A stretch of DNA of 64,000 bases from assembly GCA_903894475.1 (NCBI GenBank), contig CAITQH010000508.1:5387-69386 (forward strand), read 5' to 3'. Both the position numbers and the translations under genes were made by a program. The notes under the pieces are model-generated. The model was not told the origin of the DNA and ran no database searches. It was given only the letters and a program-made list of their open reading frames with translations. The stretch is from an uncultured beta proteobacterium (GTDB lineage Bacteria > Pseudomonadota > Gammaproteobacteria > Burkholderiales > Burkholderiaceae_C). This document shows, in pieces, positions 45,601-56,331 of this stretch. The number at the start of each line of letters is the position of its first letter. Positions within the stretch are counted from its first letter, which is position 1.

Positions 45601-48032
45601 ACCGCATCCGGGCCGGTGCAGAAATGCGCCACAAGGGTCAGTCGATCGAACTCTATGGCTTGCGCCGGGACGGCAGTGAGTTTCCGGTGCAATTCACACT
45701 TGCCAGGTGGGACAGCAGCGAAGGCTGGTTTACCACCGCGATCATGTCCGACGTGACCGAGCGCAGGGCCAGCGACGATCAGCTGCGCAAGCTTTCCCAG
45801 GCGGTGGAGCAAAGTCCCGAGTCCATTCTCATCACCGATATCAAGGCCCACATTGAATACGTGAATCAGACCCTCATCGATTCGAGCGGGTACAGCCGCG
45901 AGGAATTGATCGGTAAAAATCCGCGCTTGTTGCAATCGGGAAAGACACCGCCCGAAACCTACGCGGCCATGTGGGACGCACTGAGCAAGGGCCAGATGTG
46001 GCGGGGCCAGTTGAACAACCGCAGAAAGGACGGCACGGAGTATGACGAGTTCGCGATCCTCACACCGCTGCGCCAGTCCGATGGAGCGGTTACCCACTAT
46101 GTTGCGGTGAAGGATGACATCACCGAGAAAAAGCGGATCGGTGAGGAACTCGATAGACACCGATACCATCTGGAAGAATTGGTGGAAAACCGCACCCTTG
46201 AACTGGGTATTTCGCGCAAGCAGGCCGAGGCAGCCAGCGTGGCCAAGGGCAACTTCCTGGCCAATATGAGCCATGAGATCCGTACCCCGATGAATGCCAT
46301 TGTCGGGTTCACCCATCTGCTGCGGCAGGGCGGCGTCACTGCGGCGCAGTCCGAGCGGCTTGACAAGATCGAGAACGCGGGGCGGCACCTGGTGTCCGTC
46401 ATCAATGACATTCTTGATTTTTCGAAAATCGAAGCGGGCAAGCTGCAACTCGAAAGTGCCAACTTCGACCTGGGGAAGCTTATTGACAGCGTCATTTCGC
46501 TCATCGCATCGTCGGCCCAGGCCAAGGGATTGCGTATCGAAACAACGCTGGATGCGGTGCCCTCGTGGCTCCGTGGCGACGCGATGCGGCTGCGCCAGGC
46601 ACTGCTCAATCTGGTGAGCAACGCGGTCAAGTTCACCGAAAAAGGTGTCATTCACCTGCGCGCCATGGTGCTGGAAGACAGCGCAACGGCGCTGAAGCTG
46701 CGCTTGGAGGTGCAGGACAGCGGCATTGGCATCGCGCCCGACCAGCTGAGCCGCTTGTTCCAGGCTTTTGAACAAGCCGACAGTTCGACCTCGCGCCGGT
46801 ACGGTGGCACCGGGCTCGGCCTTGTCATTACCCAGCGAATCGCTGCGCTGATGGGCGGCGAGGCTGGCGTCATCAGTACGCTGGGGGTGGGCAGCACCTT
46901 CTGGTTCACTGCCTGCCTGCAACACGGCCAGGGGGCGTCGCCCGTCAGCATCGCTGACGACGCCACTGATGTTCTGACACGCTTGCGCCTGCACCACCAC
47001 GCAGCTCGCGTGTTAGTGGCCGAAGACAATGCAATCAACCGTGAAGTGGCGCTGGAACTGCTGCACGCAGCGGGGCTGGAAGTCGATACGGCAGCAGATG
47101 GCGGGGAGGCGGTGGCCAGGGTGCAGGCGCAATCGTACGACATGATTTTGATGGACATGCAGATGCCCGGGATGAACGGCATCGAGGCTACCCGCGCCAT
47201 TCGCACCCTGCCAGGATGGGCAAGCAAGCCGATTCTGGCGATGACCGCCAACGTTTTCAGCGAGGACCGACTGGCTTGCATTCATGCGGGCATGAATGAT
47301 TTCATCGCCAAGCCGGTAGAGCCAGACCTGCTCTACGCCACCTTGTTGAAGTGGCTGCCCGCGCGAGCGACTCCGGTGGCGCCGATCATGCCGCAGCCGT
47401 CTGCTTCGCTGGCGGACGCCAGCGAAGCCCGGGTGTTGGAACGACTGGCTGCATTACCCGGTATTTCCGTGGCGCAAGGCTTGCGGGTGCTGCTGGGCAA
47501 CACGCTCAAGTATTGCAACATGTTGCGCCATTTTGCCCAGTCCAATGGGGATGAAGTGGATGCACTGCGCACGGCATTGATCGCTCAGGACAGCGAGACG
47601 GCGCTACAGATTGCCCACCGTATCAAGGGCGCAGCGGCAACCCTGGGACTGTTGCAGATTGCCAGCAGTGCCGAACATATCGAACACTGTATGCGCCTGC
47701 CACAGGGCGCCGTGGTCGTGGTTGCCGACTTTGAGCCCGACCTGCAGACCATGCTTGACACGGCGCACGCTTTGGCTGACCTGTTGCCGGCAGCGGCCGC
47801 GCCCGAGCAAATGCCGTCGCCGACGGCCCCTGGCGACCCCTTGGTGCGGGGCGCCGTCTTGGCAGAACTGGAACAGTTGCTGGTACACAACGATGCGGCG
47901 GCCATTGCCATGGTTGCGGCGAACCAGGCACTGCTGCTCAGCAGCATGGGGGACGCCGCTAACGACCTGACCCTCAAGGTACAGCAGTTTGATTTTGAGG
48001 CGGCGCTTGCGGTACTGCGTCAAAGCTTGTGA
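42633..48032 (+). CDS. Hybrid sensor histidine kinase (TM/CHASE3-like, 4 PAS, GAF, HisKA, HATPase, REC, Hpt)
   Basis: '[14 protein letters not shown]', '[10 protein letters not shown]', 'GGTGLGL', 'LMDMQMP', Hpt 'AHRIKGAA'. Confidence 0.93.
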   Translation: MNPVACERDSHASMSSTIFVSAVCAAAVLAGGVVLIGWAFDIPALKSILPVWVSMKPNAAASFILIGVALQLPEMSAARFKHADAAHRLHLARGLRWLTGLIGLLTLGEYFFAWNPGFDQWLFPEPVGTVATSNPGRMAPETALCFLLLAVGASFARLRRRTTATLLISSVLGALTLILACAALLTYFTPILGAFGWWGKTVMAVHTALLFTALGAATTFTAWRQVPQGWVLSGRNTATYGAGLGLLVIVGLTTMRVQNHLTHLNDQVTQQELVRWQVDALDHDVIDALSRQRAYVLTGDDAMRILQNESQRSAQARLQVLRQMKLADPRQQARLAGVEVTAAQALQWFDGVMRARQAQPDLDPELTIHGTQLIAVFRGEIDQLELDLEKTVRESRLQYQSVSDFAYAVISGGMVLSLIVLAVSLLASNRFALARASAESKLRDEEARARQVSEFAVDAIVTSDREGRIVGWNRSAERMFGYAAAEVMLRPLTLLMPQRYHAQHAAGLSRFAVDAEKTIIGKSVELTGRRRDGIEFPLELTLTNWESGGLVFFSAFMRDLSERKLALAQEQESAARLAQHQAATVEMQHKAGLATLNLMADAIAARGKAEAAAMALRENELKYRVLFETTTDAHLLFVDGSWIDCNAAALCVFGCTREQILGSNPVMVSPPMQPDGRSSEEEAIKRIDLAFAGEPQTFEWTHCRVDGTPFPAEVSLNRLDLKGKPHIQAIVRDVSARKRNEQAIERLNRLYATLSQCNQAIVRCVSEETLFAQICRDLVEYGGLRMAWIGLVDDTGRQIRPLASFGEGKEYWGDSHYSLDPSAGEPTASSIRENRPIWCQDFQNDPRTAPWHERGARSAWAASASLPLRRGGVVVGALSLYAAELNAFDPQVCKLVVDMAADISFAMDNYAVASAHQKAVAALATSESRNRAIMQTAVDAIVTSDSAGNIAGWNRGAQLMFGYAEAEVTGQPLTLLIPQRYRAGHRSGMDRIRAGAEMRHKGQSIELYGLRRDGSEFPVQFTLARWDSSEGWFTTAIMSDVTERRASDDQLRKLSQAVEQSPESILITDIKAHIEYVNQTLIDSSGYSREELIGKNPRLLQSGKTPPETYAAMWDALSKGQMWRGQLNNRRKDGTEYDEFAILTPLRQSDGAVTHYVAVKDDITEKKRIGEELDRHRYHLEELVENRTLELGISRKQAEAASVAKGNFLANMSHEIRTPMNAIVGFTHLLRQGGVTAAQSERLDKIENAGRHLVSVINDILDFSKIEAGKLQLESANFDLGKLIDSVISLIASSAQAKGLRIETTLDAVPSWLRGDAMRLRQALLNLVSNAVKFTEKGVIHLRAMVLEDSATALKLRLEVQDSGIGIAPDQLSRLFQAFEQADSSTSRRYGGTGLGLVITQRIAALMGGEAGVISTLGVGSTFWFTACLQHGQGASPVSIADDATDVLTRLRLHHHAARVLVAEDNAINREVALELLHAAGLEVDTAADGGEAVARVQAQSYDMILMDMQMPGMNGIEATRAIRTLPGWASKPILAMTANVFSEDRLACIHAGMNDFIAKPVEPDLLYATLLKWLPARATPVAPIMPQPSASLADASEARVLERLAALPGISVAQGLRVLLGNTLKYCNMLRHFAQSNGDEVDALRTALIAQDSETALQIAHRIKGAAATLGLLQIASSAEHIEHCMRLPQGAVVVVADFEPDLQTMLDTAHALADLLPAAAAPEQMPSPTAPGDPLVRGAVLAELEQLLVHNDAAAIAMVAANQALLLSSMGDAANDLTLKVQQFDFEAALAVLRQSL

Positions 48033-48041
48033 CCCCGCCCT

Positions 48042-49112
48042 TCAGATTGCCTGATAGCGGGCCACGCCGCCGGCATCGATCTCACGGTGGACTTCACCGC
48101 GGTGCATCAGATAGTTGAGGCAGGCCACACTCTCGCCCGTGGCTAGATTGAGCAGCCCGGTATCGGTCTCGTCGATGGCGCGGCCAAACAGGGCGGCAAA
48201 CACATCGATGACACGGCGCGGCTCCTGCAGTGTCTTGCGCAGGCGGTCCAGCGTGCGCTGCTGGGACGCAGCCAGGTAGTCCAGGCGCGCGTGCAGCCCG
48301 CGAAAACACTCGTTGTGCGAAGGTAGAACCAGCACATCATCGCTCACTTCCCGTTTCAGTTTGTCCAGTGACTGCAACCAGTCCTGCATCGGATTGGCGT
48401 CCGGCTCGGTCGGGTGCACCGACACATTGGAAGAAATGCGGGGCAAGACCTGGTCGCCCGAGATCAGCAATTTCAGACTCGCGCAATACAGGCAGGCATG
48501 CTCTGGTGAGTGGCCAGTGCCGACGATGACACGCCAGCTGTTGGCGCCGATCCGGATTTCTTCGCCATCCCGGATGCGCCGATAGCTGTCGGGCAGGGCG
48601 TGGACTCCTTTGCCAAAGTTGCCGAAGCGGGTCTGGTATTTCTCGATCGATTCATCGCTCCAGCCGGAGCGGCGGTAGAACATCACGCCATCCTCGGGGG
48701 CGGCGCGGCCGGTATCAGCGGTCAGGACCCGGCAGTTCAGGTATTCGAGCTGTGTCATCCACAGCTGGCACTTGAACTTGCGTGTCAGCCAGCCAGCCAT
48801 GCCGATATGGTCCGGATGCATGTGGGTGCCAAATACGCGCGTCAAGGGTCGCTGCTCAGTTGCGTTGGCAAACAGTTCACGCCAGGCTGCCAGAGTCTCA
48901 TCGGTGCGCATGCCGGTGTCCACGATGGCCCAGCCGGTGTCATCTTCGATGGCCCAGACGTTGATGTGCGTGAGAACAAAAGGGAGCGGCATGCGCATCC
49001 AGACCACGCCCGGCACCACCGTGATCGTCTTGCCGGCCTCGGGTGCACTCGGGAACGGATAGATCAGGGTGGGCTTCTCAAGCCGTTCTCTGGGAGTCGG
49101 GGTGCTGGTCAT
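48042..49112 (-). CDS. MBL-fold metallo-hydrolase
   Basis: 'THMHPDHIG', 'GHSPEH', 'SGDQVLP', 'LPSH'. Confidence 0.88.
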   Translation of the reverse strand: MTSTPTPRERLEKPTLIYPFPSAPEAGKTITVVPGVVWMRMPLPFVLTHINVWAIEDDTGWAIVDTGMRTDETLAAWRELFANATEQRPLTRVFGTHMHPDHIGMAGWLTRKFKCQLWMTQLEYLNCRVLTADTGRAAPEDGVMFYRRSGWSDESIEKYQTRFGNFGKGVHALPDSYRRIRDGEEIRIGANSWRVIVGTGHSPEHACLYCASLKLLISGDQVLPRISSNVSVHPTEPDANPMQDWLQSLDKLKREVSDDVLVLPSHNECFRGLHARLDYLAASQQRTLDRLRKTLQEPRRVIDVFAALFGRAIDETDTGLLNLATGESVACLNYLMHRGEVHREIDAGGVARYQAI

Positions 49113-49165
49113 GGTTGTATTGGGTGCTGGCAGGTCAATGCAGCCATGTTAATGGATGGAGTGTC

Positions 49166-49181
49166 TAGTTCCAAGGAACTA
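49166..49181. promoter_or_regulatory. 7-2-7 palindrome upstream of narK1 (candidate NarL site)
   Basis: TAGTTCC-AA-GGAACTA; half-site TAGTTCC repeated at 49200. Confidence 0.55.
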
Positions 49182-49294
49182 TGGCTGGCGTGTGTCGGGT
49201 AGTTCCAATGCTTCTGGTGGCTGCTACTTCAGAGGGATAGCGCAGCGGAGCCTGGCCACCTAGAGTCATCGCTTGGACAACAGGAGTCTTTGAA

Positions 49295-50545
49295 ATGACA
49301 AAAAAAGGGCAGGCGCTCTCGGTGCTGATTGTCAGCACGCTGGCATTTACTGTGTGCTTCATGGTGTGGATGATGTTCGGCGTGATTGGCATCCCGATCA
49401 AGAAAACGCTCGGGCTCAATGCCACGGAATTTGGTCTGCTGACCGCGACCCCGGTGCTGACGGGCTCGCTGATCCGGGTGCCGCTGGGCATCTGGACCGA
49501 CAAGTACGGCGGGCGCATCGTGATGGCCTTGCTGATGGCAGCGACCGTGCCAGCGATCTGGCTGATGAGTTATGCCACGGCCTACTGGCACTTTCTGGTC
49601 ATTGGCCTGTTTGTTGGCCTGGCCGGCGGTTCGTTTTCCGTCGGCACGCCCTATGTTGCGCGCTGGTTTCCGAAGGGCCAGCAGGGTTTTGCCATGGGCA
49701 TTTACGGTGCCGGCAATTCAGGTGCCGCCGTCAACAAGTTTGTTGCACCCGCACTGGTGGTGGCCTTTGGCTGGACCCTGGTGCCGCAGGTCTACGCCGG
49801 GATCATGCTCGGAACCGTGGTGCTTTTCTGGTTCTTCAGTCACAGCGACCCGGCACATCTGGTGCCCAGCCACACCAAGTTCAGCGATCAACTCAAGTCC
49901 TTGAAAGATCCGAAGGTGCTGAAGTACTGCCAGTACTACAGCATCGTGTTTGGCGGCTATGTGGCACTTTCGTTGTGGATGGTGCAGTACTACGTCGGTG
50001 AATTCGGTCTGGACATTCGCGCTGCAGCATTGCTGGCGGCCTGCTTCTCGCTGCCGGGCGGTGTGCTGCGCGCCGTGGGCGGCTGGATGTCGGACAAATG
50101 GGGAGCGCACAGCGTGACCTGGTGGGTTCTGTGGGTCAGCTGGGTCTGCCTCTTTTTGCTCAGCTACCCGCAGTTTGACTTCACGGTGGCCACCGTGAAC
50201 GGCCCCAAGACTTTCCATATCGGACTGAACGTTTATCTGTTCACGGCGCTGATGTTCGTGCTGGGTATCGCCTTCGCCTTCGGCAAAGCCAGTGTCTTCA
50301 AGTACATCAGCGACGACTATCCCAGCAACATCGGCACCATCAGTGGCATCGTCGGTCTGGCCGGCGGTCTGGGTGGCTTTGTGCTGCCCATCATGTTTGG
50401 CGCCCTGATGGACCTCACCGGCATCCGCTCCAGCGCCTTCATGCTGATGTACGGCGTGGTCTGGGTCTCACTGATCTGGATGTTCTGGACCGAGGTGCGT
50501 GGCCGTGAATTGATGGGCCACAACGCAAAGCCGTTCGCCCTATAG
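49295..50545 (+). CDS. narK1: Nitrate/nitrite transporter NarK1-type
   Basis: MFS; 'GLAGGSF', 'GAGNSG', 'FGGYVALSLW'. Confidence 0.88.
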   Translation: MTKKGQALSVLIVSTLAFTVCFMVWMMFGVIGIPIKKTLGLNATEFGLLTATPVLTGSLIRVPLGIWTDKYGGRIVMALLMAATVPAIWLMSYATAYWHFLVIGLFVGLAGGSFSVGTPYVARWFPKGQQGFAMGIYGAGNSGAAVNKFVAPALVVAFGWTLVPQVYAGIMLGTVVLFWFFSHSDPAHLVPSHTKFSDQLKSLKDPKVLKYCQYYSIVFGGYVALSLWMVQYYVGEFGLDIRAAALLAACFSLPGGVLRAVGGWMSDKWGAHSVTWWVLWVSWVCLFLLSYPQFDFTVATVNGPKTFHIGLNVYLFTALMFVLGIAFAFGKASVFKYISDDYPSNIGTISGIVGLAGGLGGFVLPIMFGALMDLTGIRSSAFMLMYGVVWVSLIWMFWTEVRGRELMGHNAKPFAL

Positions 50546-50580
50546 CAGTAGTACAGCCCCTCATTTTTTGAAAGAACATC

Positions 50581-52209
50581 ATGAGCAATACATCATCCTC
50601 CAGCGCCGACATCGCCGACTGGCGTCCGGAAGACGAACAGTTCTGGGAAAGCAGTGGCAAGAAGATCGCTTACCGCAACCTGTGGATCTCGGTGCCCGCG
50701 CTTCTCTGCGGCTTCGCAGTCTGGGGCATGTGGGGCATCATCACGGTGCAGATGCTGAACCTGGGCTTCCCGTTTACCCAGGCCGAACTGTTCACCCTGA
50801 CAGCAATCGCCGGCATCTCCGGCGCCACGATGCGCATTCCGGCCTCGTTCCTGATCCGCCTGGCGGGTGGGCGCAACACGATCTTTCTGACCACCGCCAT
50901 GCTGCTGGCGCCGGCCATAGGCACTGGCATCGTCCTGCAGCACAAGGAATGGCCGTTGTGGGCGTTCCAACTGATGGCGCTGTGGTCGGGTGTGGGTGGA
51001 GGCAACTTCGCCAGTTCGATGTCGAACATCAGCACCTTTTTTCCGAAGCGTCTGCAGGGAACCGCATTGGGCCTGAACGCGGGGCTGGGCAACTTCGGCG
51101 TCACCACCATGCAGATTGTGATCCCGCTGATGATGACAGTCGGAGTCCTGGGCGGCTTGGGCGGTGAGCCAATGACGCTGCTCAAGGACAGCGGCTGGAT
51201 TTTCGGCAAGATCGCCGCCGGCACGCCCACCTACATCCAGAACGCCGGCTTCACCTGGATGCTGACGCTGGTGCCGCTGGCCGTGCTGTGCTGGTTTGGC
51301 ATGAACAACCTTAAGACAATTTCCCCGGACACCGGAAATCCGGTCGTCGCCTTTGCCAAGATCACCTACCTGTACACGCTGGCATTTGTTCCCTCCATCC
51401 TCGGGCTCTACCTGTACCTGCCGGCGCCCACGGGTCTGGGAGTGATCAGCATGTGGGTGGCGATCCCACTGGACATCGTCAGCGCGCTACTGGTGATGAA
51501 GCTGGCCGCCTTCGGCGCGATGAAGCAGAACGTCGCCAAACAGTTCGAGATCTTCGGCAACAAACACACCTGGTCGATGACGGCGCTGTACATCGTCACT
51601 TTCGGCTCCTTCATCGGATTCTCGATGGCCCTGCCACTGTCAATTACCGTGATATTCGGTATCAGCCACGTAGCTGATGCGAATGGCGTGCTGCAGCATG
51701 TGCTGAAGAACCCAAACTCGCCTTCCGCCTTTACTTACGCCTGGATCGGTCCCTTCGTCGGCGCCGCCGTGCGACCGATAGGCGGATGGATCTCAGACAA
51801 GATCGGCGGCTCGATCGTGACGCAGGTGATCTCGGTGGTGATGGTTCTTGCATCGGCCGCCGTAGGCTACGTGATGATGCAGGCCTACGGCTCGGCTACG
51901 CCGGAGCAATACTTCCCGGCCTTTCTTGGCTTGTTCATCGTGCTGTTCTTCGCCAGCGGCATCGGCAACGGCTCGACCTTTCGCACCATCGGCGTGATCT
52001 TCGACCGTCAGCAGGCGGGCCCGGTGTTGGGCTGGACGTCGGCAATCGCCGCCTACGGCGCCTTCATCGCACCGGTGGTGATCGGTAACCAGATCAAGGC
52101 CGGAACACCGCAGTTCGCGATGTACGGCTTTGCCATCTTCTACGCCCTGTGCCTGGTCCTGAACTGGTGGTTCTACCTGCGTCCCGGCTCCGAAATAAAG
52201 AACCCTTAA
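50581..52209 (+). CDS. narK2: Nitrate/nitrite antiporter NarK2-type
   Basis: 'WRPEDEQFWE', 'GGGNFASSM', 'GLNAGLGNFG', 'GIGNGSTF'. Confidence 0.9.
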   Translation: MSNTSSSSADIADWRPEDEQFWESSGKKIAYRNLWISVPALLCGFAVWGMWGIITVQMLNLGFPFTQAELFTLTAIAGISGATMRIPASFLIRLAGGRNTIFLTTAMLLAPAIGTGIVLQHKEWPLWAFQLMALWSGVGGGNFASSMSNISTFFPKRLQGTALGLNAGLGNFGVTTMQIVIPLMMTVGVLGGLGGEPMTLLKDSGWIFGKIAAGTPTYIQNAGFTWMLTLVPLAVLCWFGMNNLKTISPDTGNPVVAFAKITYLYTLAFVPSILGLYLYLPAPTGLGVISMWVAIPLDIVSALLVMKLAAFGAMKQNVAKQFEIFGNKHTWSMTALYIVTFGSFIGFSMALPLSITVIFGISHVADANGVLQHVLKNPNSPSAFTYAWIGPFVGAAVRPIGGWISDKIGGSIVTQVISVVMVLASAAVGYVMMQAYGSATPEQYFPAFLGLFIVLFFASGIGNGSTFRTIGVIFDRQQAGPVLGWTSAIAAYGAFIAPVVIGNQIKAGTPQFAMYGFAIFYALCLVLNWWFYLRPGSEIKNP

Positions 52210-52240
52210 GACCGCCACTGTCAACGCGGATTGTTCAGCT

Positions 52241-52294
52241 GTCATTGCGGGCTTGACCCGCAATCCATGGATCCCGGATCAAGTCCGGAATGAC
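52241..52294 (+). repeat. 54-bp palindromic REP-like element (family B), left of narG
   Basis: GTCATTGCGGGCTTGACCCGCAATCCATGGATCCCGGATCAAGTCCGGAATGAC; reverse complement of 56211-56264 with 1 mismatch. Confidence 0.9.
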
Positions 52295-52375
52295 AACTGC
52301 AGAAGGACGCAATGACAGCCCGGTACACACAGCAATAAATCTTTGCGCAACCAGTCATTTCTGTAGAGGTATCCA

Positions 52376-55300
52376 ATGAGCCACTTTCTCGACCGACTTA
52401 GTTACTTCTCTCAACCCAAGGAACCGTTTTCTGGTGAGCACGGCGTCACCACGGGCGAAGACCGCACCTGGGAAGACGCTTACCGCGACCGCTGGGCGCA
52501 CGACAAGATCGTGCGTTCCACCCATGGCGTGAACTGCACCGGATCATGTTCCTGGAAGATCTACGTCAAGGGCGGCATCGTGACCTGGGAGACCCAGCAG
52601 ACCGACTACCCGCGCACGCGGTGGGACATGCCGAATCACGAGCCGCGTGGCTGCTCGCGCGGCGCCAGTTACAGCTGGTATTTGTACAGCGCGAATCGCG
52701 TCAAGTACCCGATGGTGCGCGGTCGCCTGCTCAAACTCTGGCGCGAAGCGCGCCTGTCGAACGACCCGGTCGATGCCTGGGCGACCATTGCCCAGTCTGA
52801 TGCGAAACGCAAGGACTACCAGAGCGTACGTGGCCTGGGCGGCTTTGTGCGCTCCAGCTGGGATGAAGTCAACGAAATGGTGGCAGCCGCCAATGTCTAC
52901 ACCATCAAAAAGCACGGGCCGGACCGCATCATCGGCTTCTCGCCGATTCCCGCCATGTCCATGGTCTCTTACGCTGCCGGCAGCCGTTACCTGAGCCTGA
53001 TCGGTGGCGTCAGCATGAGTTTCTACGACTGGTACTGCGATCTGCCGCCAGCGAGCCCGCAGATCTGGGGCGAGCAGACCGATGTGCCGGAGTCGGCCGA
53101 CTGGTACAACTCGAGCTACATCATCGCCTGGGGATCCAATGTGCCGCAAACGCGCACACCGGATGCGCACTTCTTCACCGAGGTGCGCTACAAGGGCACC
53201 AAGACCGTGGCAGTGACACCCGATTACTCGGAAGTTGCCAAGCTGTCGGACATCTGGATGAAGCCCAAGCAGGGCACCGATGCGGCCGTGGCCATGGCCA
53301 TGGGCCACGTGATCCTGAAAGAGTTTTACTTCCCTGACGGTGGCAAACAGCGCAGCGCCTATTTTGACGACTACGTGCGCCGCTACACCGACATGCCGAT
53401 GCTGGTGATGCTGAAAGAACATGCACTGCCCAGCGGTGAGACGGTGCTGGTGCCGGACCGCTATCTGCGCGCTTCCGATTTCAATGGCAAGCTCGGTGCC
53501 GCCAACAACCCGGAATGGAAAACGGTGGCGCTCGATGAAAGCGGCAAAGTGGTGCTGCCGGTGGGGGCCATCGGCTTTCGCTGGGGCGCTGACGGACGCG
53601 CCGATCAGGGTCAATGGAATCTTCAAGCCAAGGAAGCGCGCCACGGCGGCGCTGTGAAACTCAAGCTCACCGTGATGGAAGGTGAGAACCCGAGCAGCGA
53701 GACCGCCAAGGTGGGTTTCCCCTACTTCGGCGGCATCGTCAGCGAGAATTTTCCGAACAACGCCTCCGGTGACGCCAGTAACAACGTGCTGGTGCGCACG
53801 GTGCCGGTGCAGCGCATTTCGCTCGGCAAGGAAGGGGAAAAGCGCGAGGCGTTGGTGGCCACCGTGTTCGACCTGCAGGTCGCCAACTACGGCGTGGCGC
53901 GCGGTCTGACAGGTGAAATGGCAGCCAAGGACTTCAACGACGACACGCCCTACACGCCGGCCTGGCAGGAGCGCATCACCGGTACGCCGCGCGAGCAGCT
54001 GATCACGGTGGCGCGCCAGTTTGCCGAAAACGCTGACAAGACCCATGGCAAATCCATGGTCATCATCGGTGCGGCCATGAACCACTGGTACCACGCCGAC
54101 ATGAACTACCGTGGCGTCATCAACATGCTGATGATGTGCGGCTGCATCGGTCAGAGCGGGGGCGGCTGGGCGCATTACGTGGGCCAGGAAAAGCTGCGGC
54201 CGCAAACCGGCTGGACGGCGCTCGCCTTCGCCCTGGACTGGATACGCCCGCCCCGGCAGATGAACTCGACCAGCTTCTTCTACGCCCACACCGATCAGTG
54301 GCGTTATGAAAAGCTGGGCATGGAAGAAGTCCTGTCACCGCTGGCCGACAAAAAGCTCTATGGCGGCAGCATGATCGATTACAACGTGCGCGCCGAGCGC
54401 ATGGGCTGGCTGCCGTCGGCGCCGCAGCTCAAGACCAATCCGCTGCAGGTGGTGCGTGACGCCGCTGCAGCCGGCATGGAGGCCAAAGATTACACGGTCA
54501 AGAGCTTGAAGGACGGCTCGCTGGCCATGAGCTGCGAGGACCCGGACCATCCGGACAACTGGCCGCGCAATATGTTTGTCTGGCGCTCCAACATTCTGGG
54601 CTCCAGCGGCAAGGGGCATGAGTACTTTCTGAAGCACCTGCTGGGCACCAGCCATGGTGTGCAGGGCAAGGACCTGGGGCAGGACGATGCCAAGCCAACC
54701 GAAGTGGTCTGGCACGACAAGGCGCCCGAGGGCAAGCTCGATCTGGTGGTCACACTGGATTTCCGCATGAGCACCACCTGCCTGTACTCCGACATTGTGT
54801 TGCCGACCGCTACCTGGTACGAGAAGAACGATCTCAACACCAGCGACATGCACCCTTTCATCCATCCTCTGTCCACCGCCGTTGATCCGGCCTGGCAGTC
54901 GCGCAGTGACTGGGAGATCTACAAGGGCTTTGCCAAAAAGTTCAGCGAAGTCTGCGTCGGTCATCTGGGCGTCGAGCGTGAGATGGTGCTGTCGCCTCTG
55001 ATGCACGACTCACCGGCAGAGCTGGCACAGCCCTTTGGTGTGCAGGACTGGAAGCGCGGCGAGATTGAGCTGATCCCCGGCAAGACGGCCCCCAATATGG
55101 CGGTGGTGGAGCGCGACTACCCTAATACCTACAAACGCTTTACGGCGCTGGGCCCGCTGATGAACAAGGTTGGCAACGGCGGCAAAGGCATTGCCTGGAA
55201 CACGCAGACCGAGGTCAAGCAACTCGGTGAGCTCAATGGCCTTGAAAGGGCCGAAGGCGTCACCTGCGGCATGCCCCGGATTGACACCGACATCGACGCT

Positions 55301-56164
55301 TGCGAAGTTATTCTGCAGCTGGCGCCCGAGACCAACGGCCACGTCGCGGTCAAGGCCTGGGACGCACTGGGCAAGCAGACCGGTCTGGACCACAAGCATC
55401 TGGCGATCCACCGTGAAGACGAAAAAATCCGCTTCCGCGACATCCAGGCGCAGCCACGCAAGATCATCTCCAGCCCGACCTGGAGTGGCATTGAGTCGGA
55501 GACCGTGTCCTACAACGCCGGCTACACCAATGTGCACGAAATGATTCCGTGGCGCACGCTCACCGGGCGTCAGCAGTTCTACATGGACCACCCGTGGATG
55601 ACGGCTTTCGGCGAGGGCTTTACCAGTTACCGGCCGCCGGTCGATCTCAAGACCACCGCAGACATTCAGGGCATCAAGCCCAATGGCAACACCGAGATCG
55701 CGCTGAACTTCATCACGCCGCACCAGAAATGGGGCATCCACTCGACCTACAGCGACAACCTGATGATGCTCACGCTCAATCGTGGCGGTCCGGTGGTCTG
55801 GCTCAGTGAGGATGACGCCAAACGTGCCGGCATTGTGGACAACGACTGGATCGAACTCTTCAACCTGAACGGCGCCATCTCCGCCCGCGCTGTTGTCAGC
55901 CAGCGTGTTAATCCTGGCATGGTGATGATGTACCACGCGCAGGAAAAAATGATCAACACCCCCGGCTCCGAAATCACCGGCGCCCGCGGCGGTATCCACA
56001 ACTCGGTGACGCGCATTGTGCTCAAACCCACCCACATGATCGGCGGCTACGCACAGTTCAGCTACGGCTTCAACTACTACGGAACCATAGGCACGAACCG
56101 CGACGAGTTTGTGGTGGTGCGAAAGATGAACAAGATCGACTGGCTGGAAGAGACGAATGATTGA
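52376..56164 (+). CDS. narG: Respiratory nitrate reductase alpha subunit
   Basis: 'RSTHGVNCTGSC', 'HEPRGC', 'SFYDWYCDLP', 'TPHQKWGIHS'. Confidence 0.99.
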   Translation: MSHFLDRLSYFSQPKEPFSGEHGVTTGEDRTWEDAYRDRWAHDKIVRSTHGVNCTGSCSWKIYVKGGIVTWETQQTDYPRTRWDMPNHEPRGCSRGASYSWYLYSANRVKYPMVRGRLLKLWREARLSNDPVDAWATIAQSDAKRKDYQSVRGLGGFVRSSWDEVNEMVAAANVYTIKKHGPDRIIGFSPIPAMSMVSYAAGSRYLSLIGGVSMSFYDWYCDLPPASPQIWGEQTDVPESADWYNSSYIIAWGSNVPQTRTPDAHFFTEVRYKGTKTVAVTPDYSEVAKLSDIWMKPKQGTDAAVAMAMGHVILKEFYFPDGGKQRSAYFDDYVRRYTDMPMLVMLKEHALPSGETVLVPDRYLRASDFNGKLGAANNPEWKTVALDESGKVVLPVGAIGFRWGADGRADQGQWNLQAKEARHGGAVKLKLTVMEGENPSSETAKVGFPYFGGIVSENFPNNASGDASNNVLVRTVPVQRISLGKEGEKREALVATVFDLQVANYGVARGLTGEMAAKDFNDDTPYTPAWQERITGTPREQLITVARQFAENADKTHGKSMVIIGAAMNHWYHADMNYRGVINMLMMCGCIGQSGGGWAHYVGQEKLRPQTGWTALAFALDWIRPPRQMNSTSFFYAHTDQWRYEKLGMEEVLSPLADKKLYGGSMIDYNVRAERMGWLPSAPQLKTNPLQVVRDAAAAGMEAKDYTVKSLKDGSLAMSCEDPDHPDNWPRNMFVWRSNILGSSGKGHEYFLKHLLGTSHGVQGKDLGQDDAKPTEVVWHDKAPEGKLDLVVTLDFRMSTTCLYSDIVLPTATWYEKNDLNTSDMHPFIHPLSTAVDPAWQSRSDWEIYKGFAKKFSEVCVGHLGVEREMVLSPLMHDSPAELAQPFGVQDWKRGEIELIPGKTAPNMAVVERDYPNTYKRFTALGPLMNKVGNGGKGIAWNTQTEVKQLGELNGLERAEGVTCGMPRIDTDIDACEVILQLAPETNGHVAVKAWDALGKQTGLDHKHLAIHREDEKIRFRDIQAQPRKIISSPTWSGIESETVSYNAGYTNVHEMIPWRTLTGRQQFYMDHPWMTAFGEGFTSYRPPVDLKTTADIQGIKPNGNTEIALNFITPHQKWGIHSTYSDNLMMLTLNRGGPVVWLSEDDAKRAGIVDNDWIELFNLNGAISARAVVSQRVNPGMVMMYHAQEKMINTPGSEITGARGGIHNSVTRIVLKPTHMIGGYAQFSYGFNYYGTIGTNRDEFVVVRKMNKIDWLEETND

Positions 56165-56210
56165 AGGGGTGTCATTGCCATTGGCGGATGTCATTGCGGA
56201 CTTCTTGACT

Positions 56211-56264
56211 GTCATCCCGGACTTGATCCGGGATCCATGGATTGCGGGTCAAGCCCGCAATGAC
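56211..56264 (-). repeat. 54-bp palindromic REP-like element (family B), narG-narH spacer
   Basis: Inverted copy of 52241-52294, nested in an outer stem 56190-56202 / 56273-56285. Confidence 0.9.
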
Positions 56265-56331
56265 AACTCAGTAGTCCGGGATGACAGCCTTGAATGAAAT
56301 GCAATGCGAAGTTAAACATTGGAGAAACTGA

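Noticed and set aside
45084-47000. 638-aa antisense ORF (also 52544-54289, 56398-57891, 15670-17193, 9923-11086)
   Set aside because: Shadow ORFs opposite well-supported genes in high-GC DNA; no recognisable motifs.
52290-52379. 29-codon ORF from the left repeat overlapping the narG start
   Set aside because: Not coupled to the narK2 stop, no clear RBS, and the ATGA overlap is automatic; compatible with chance.
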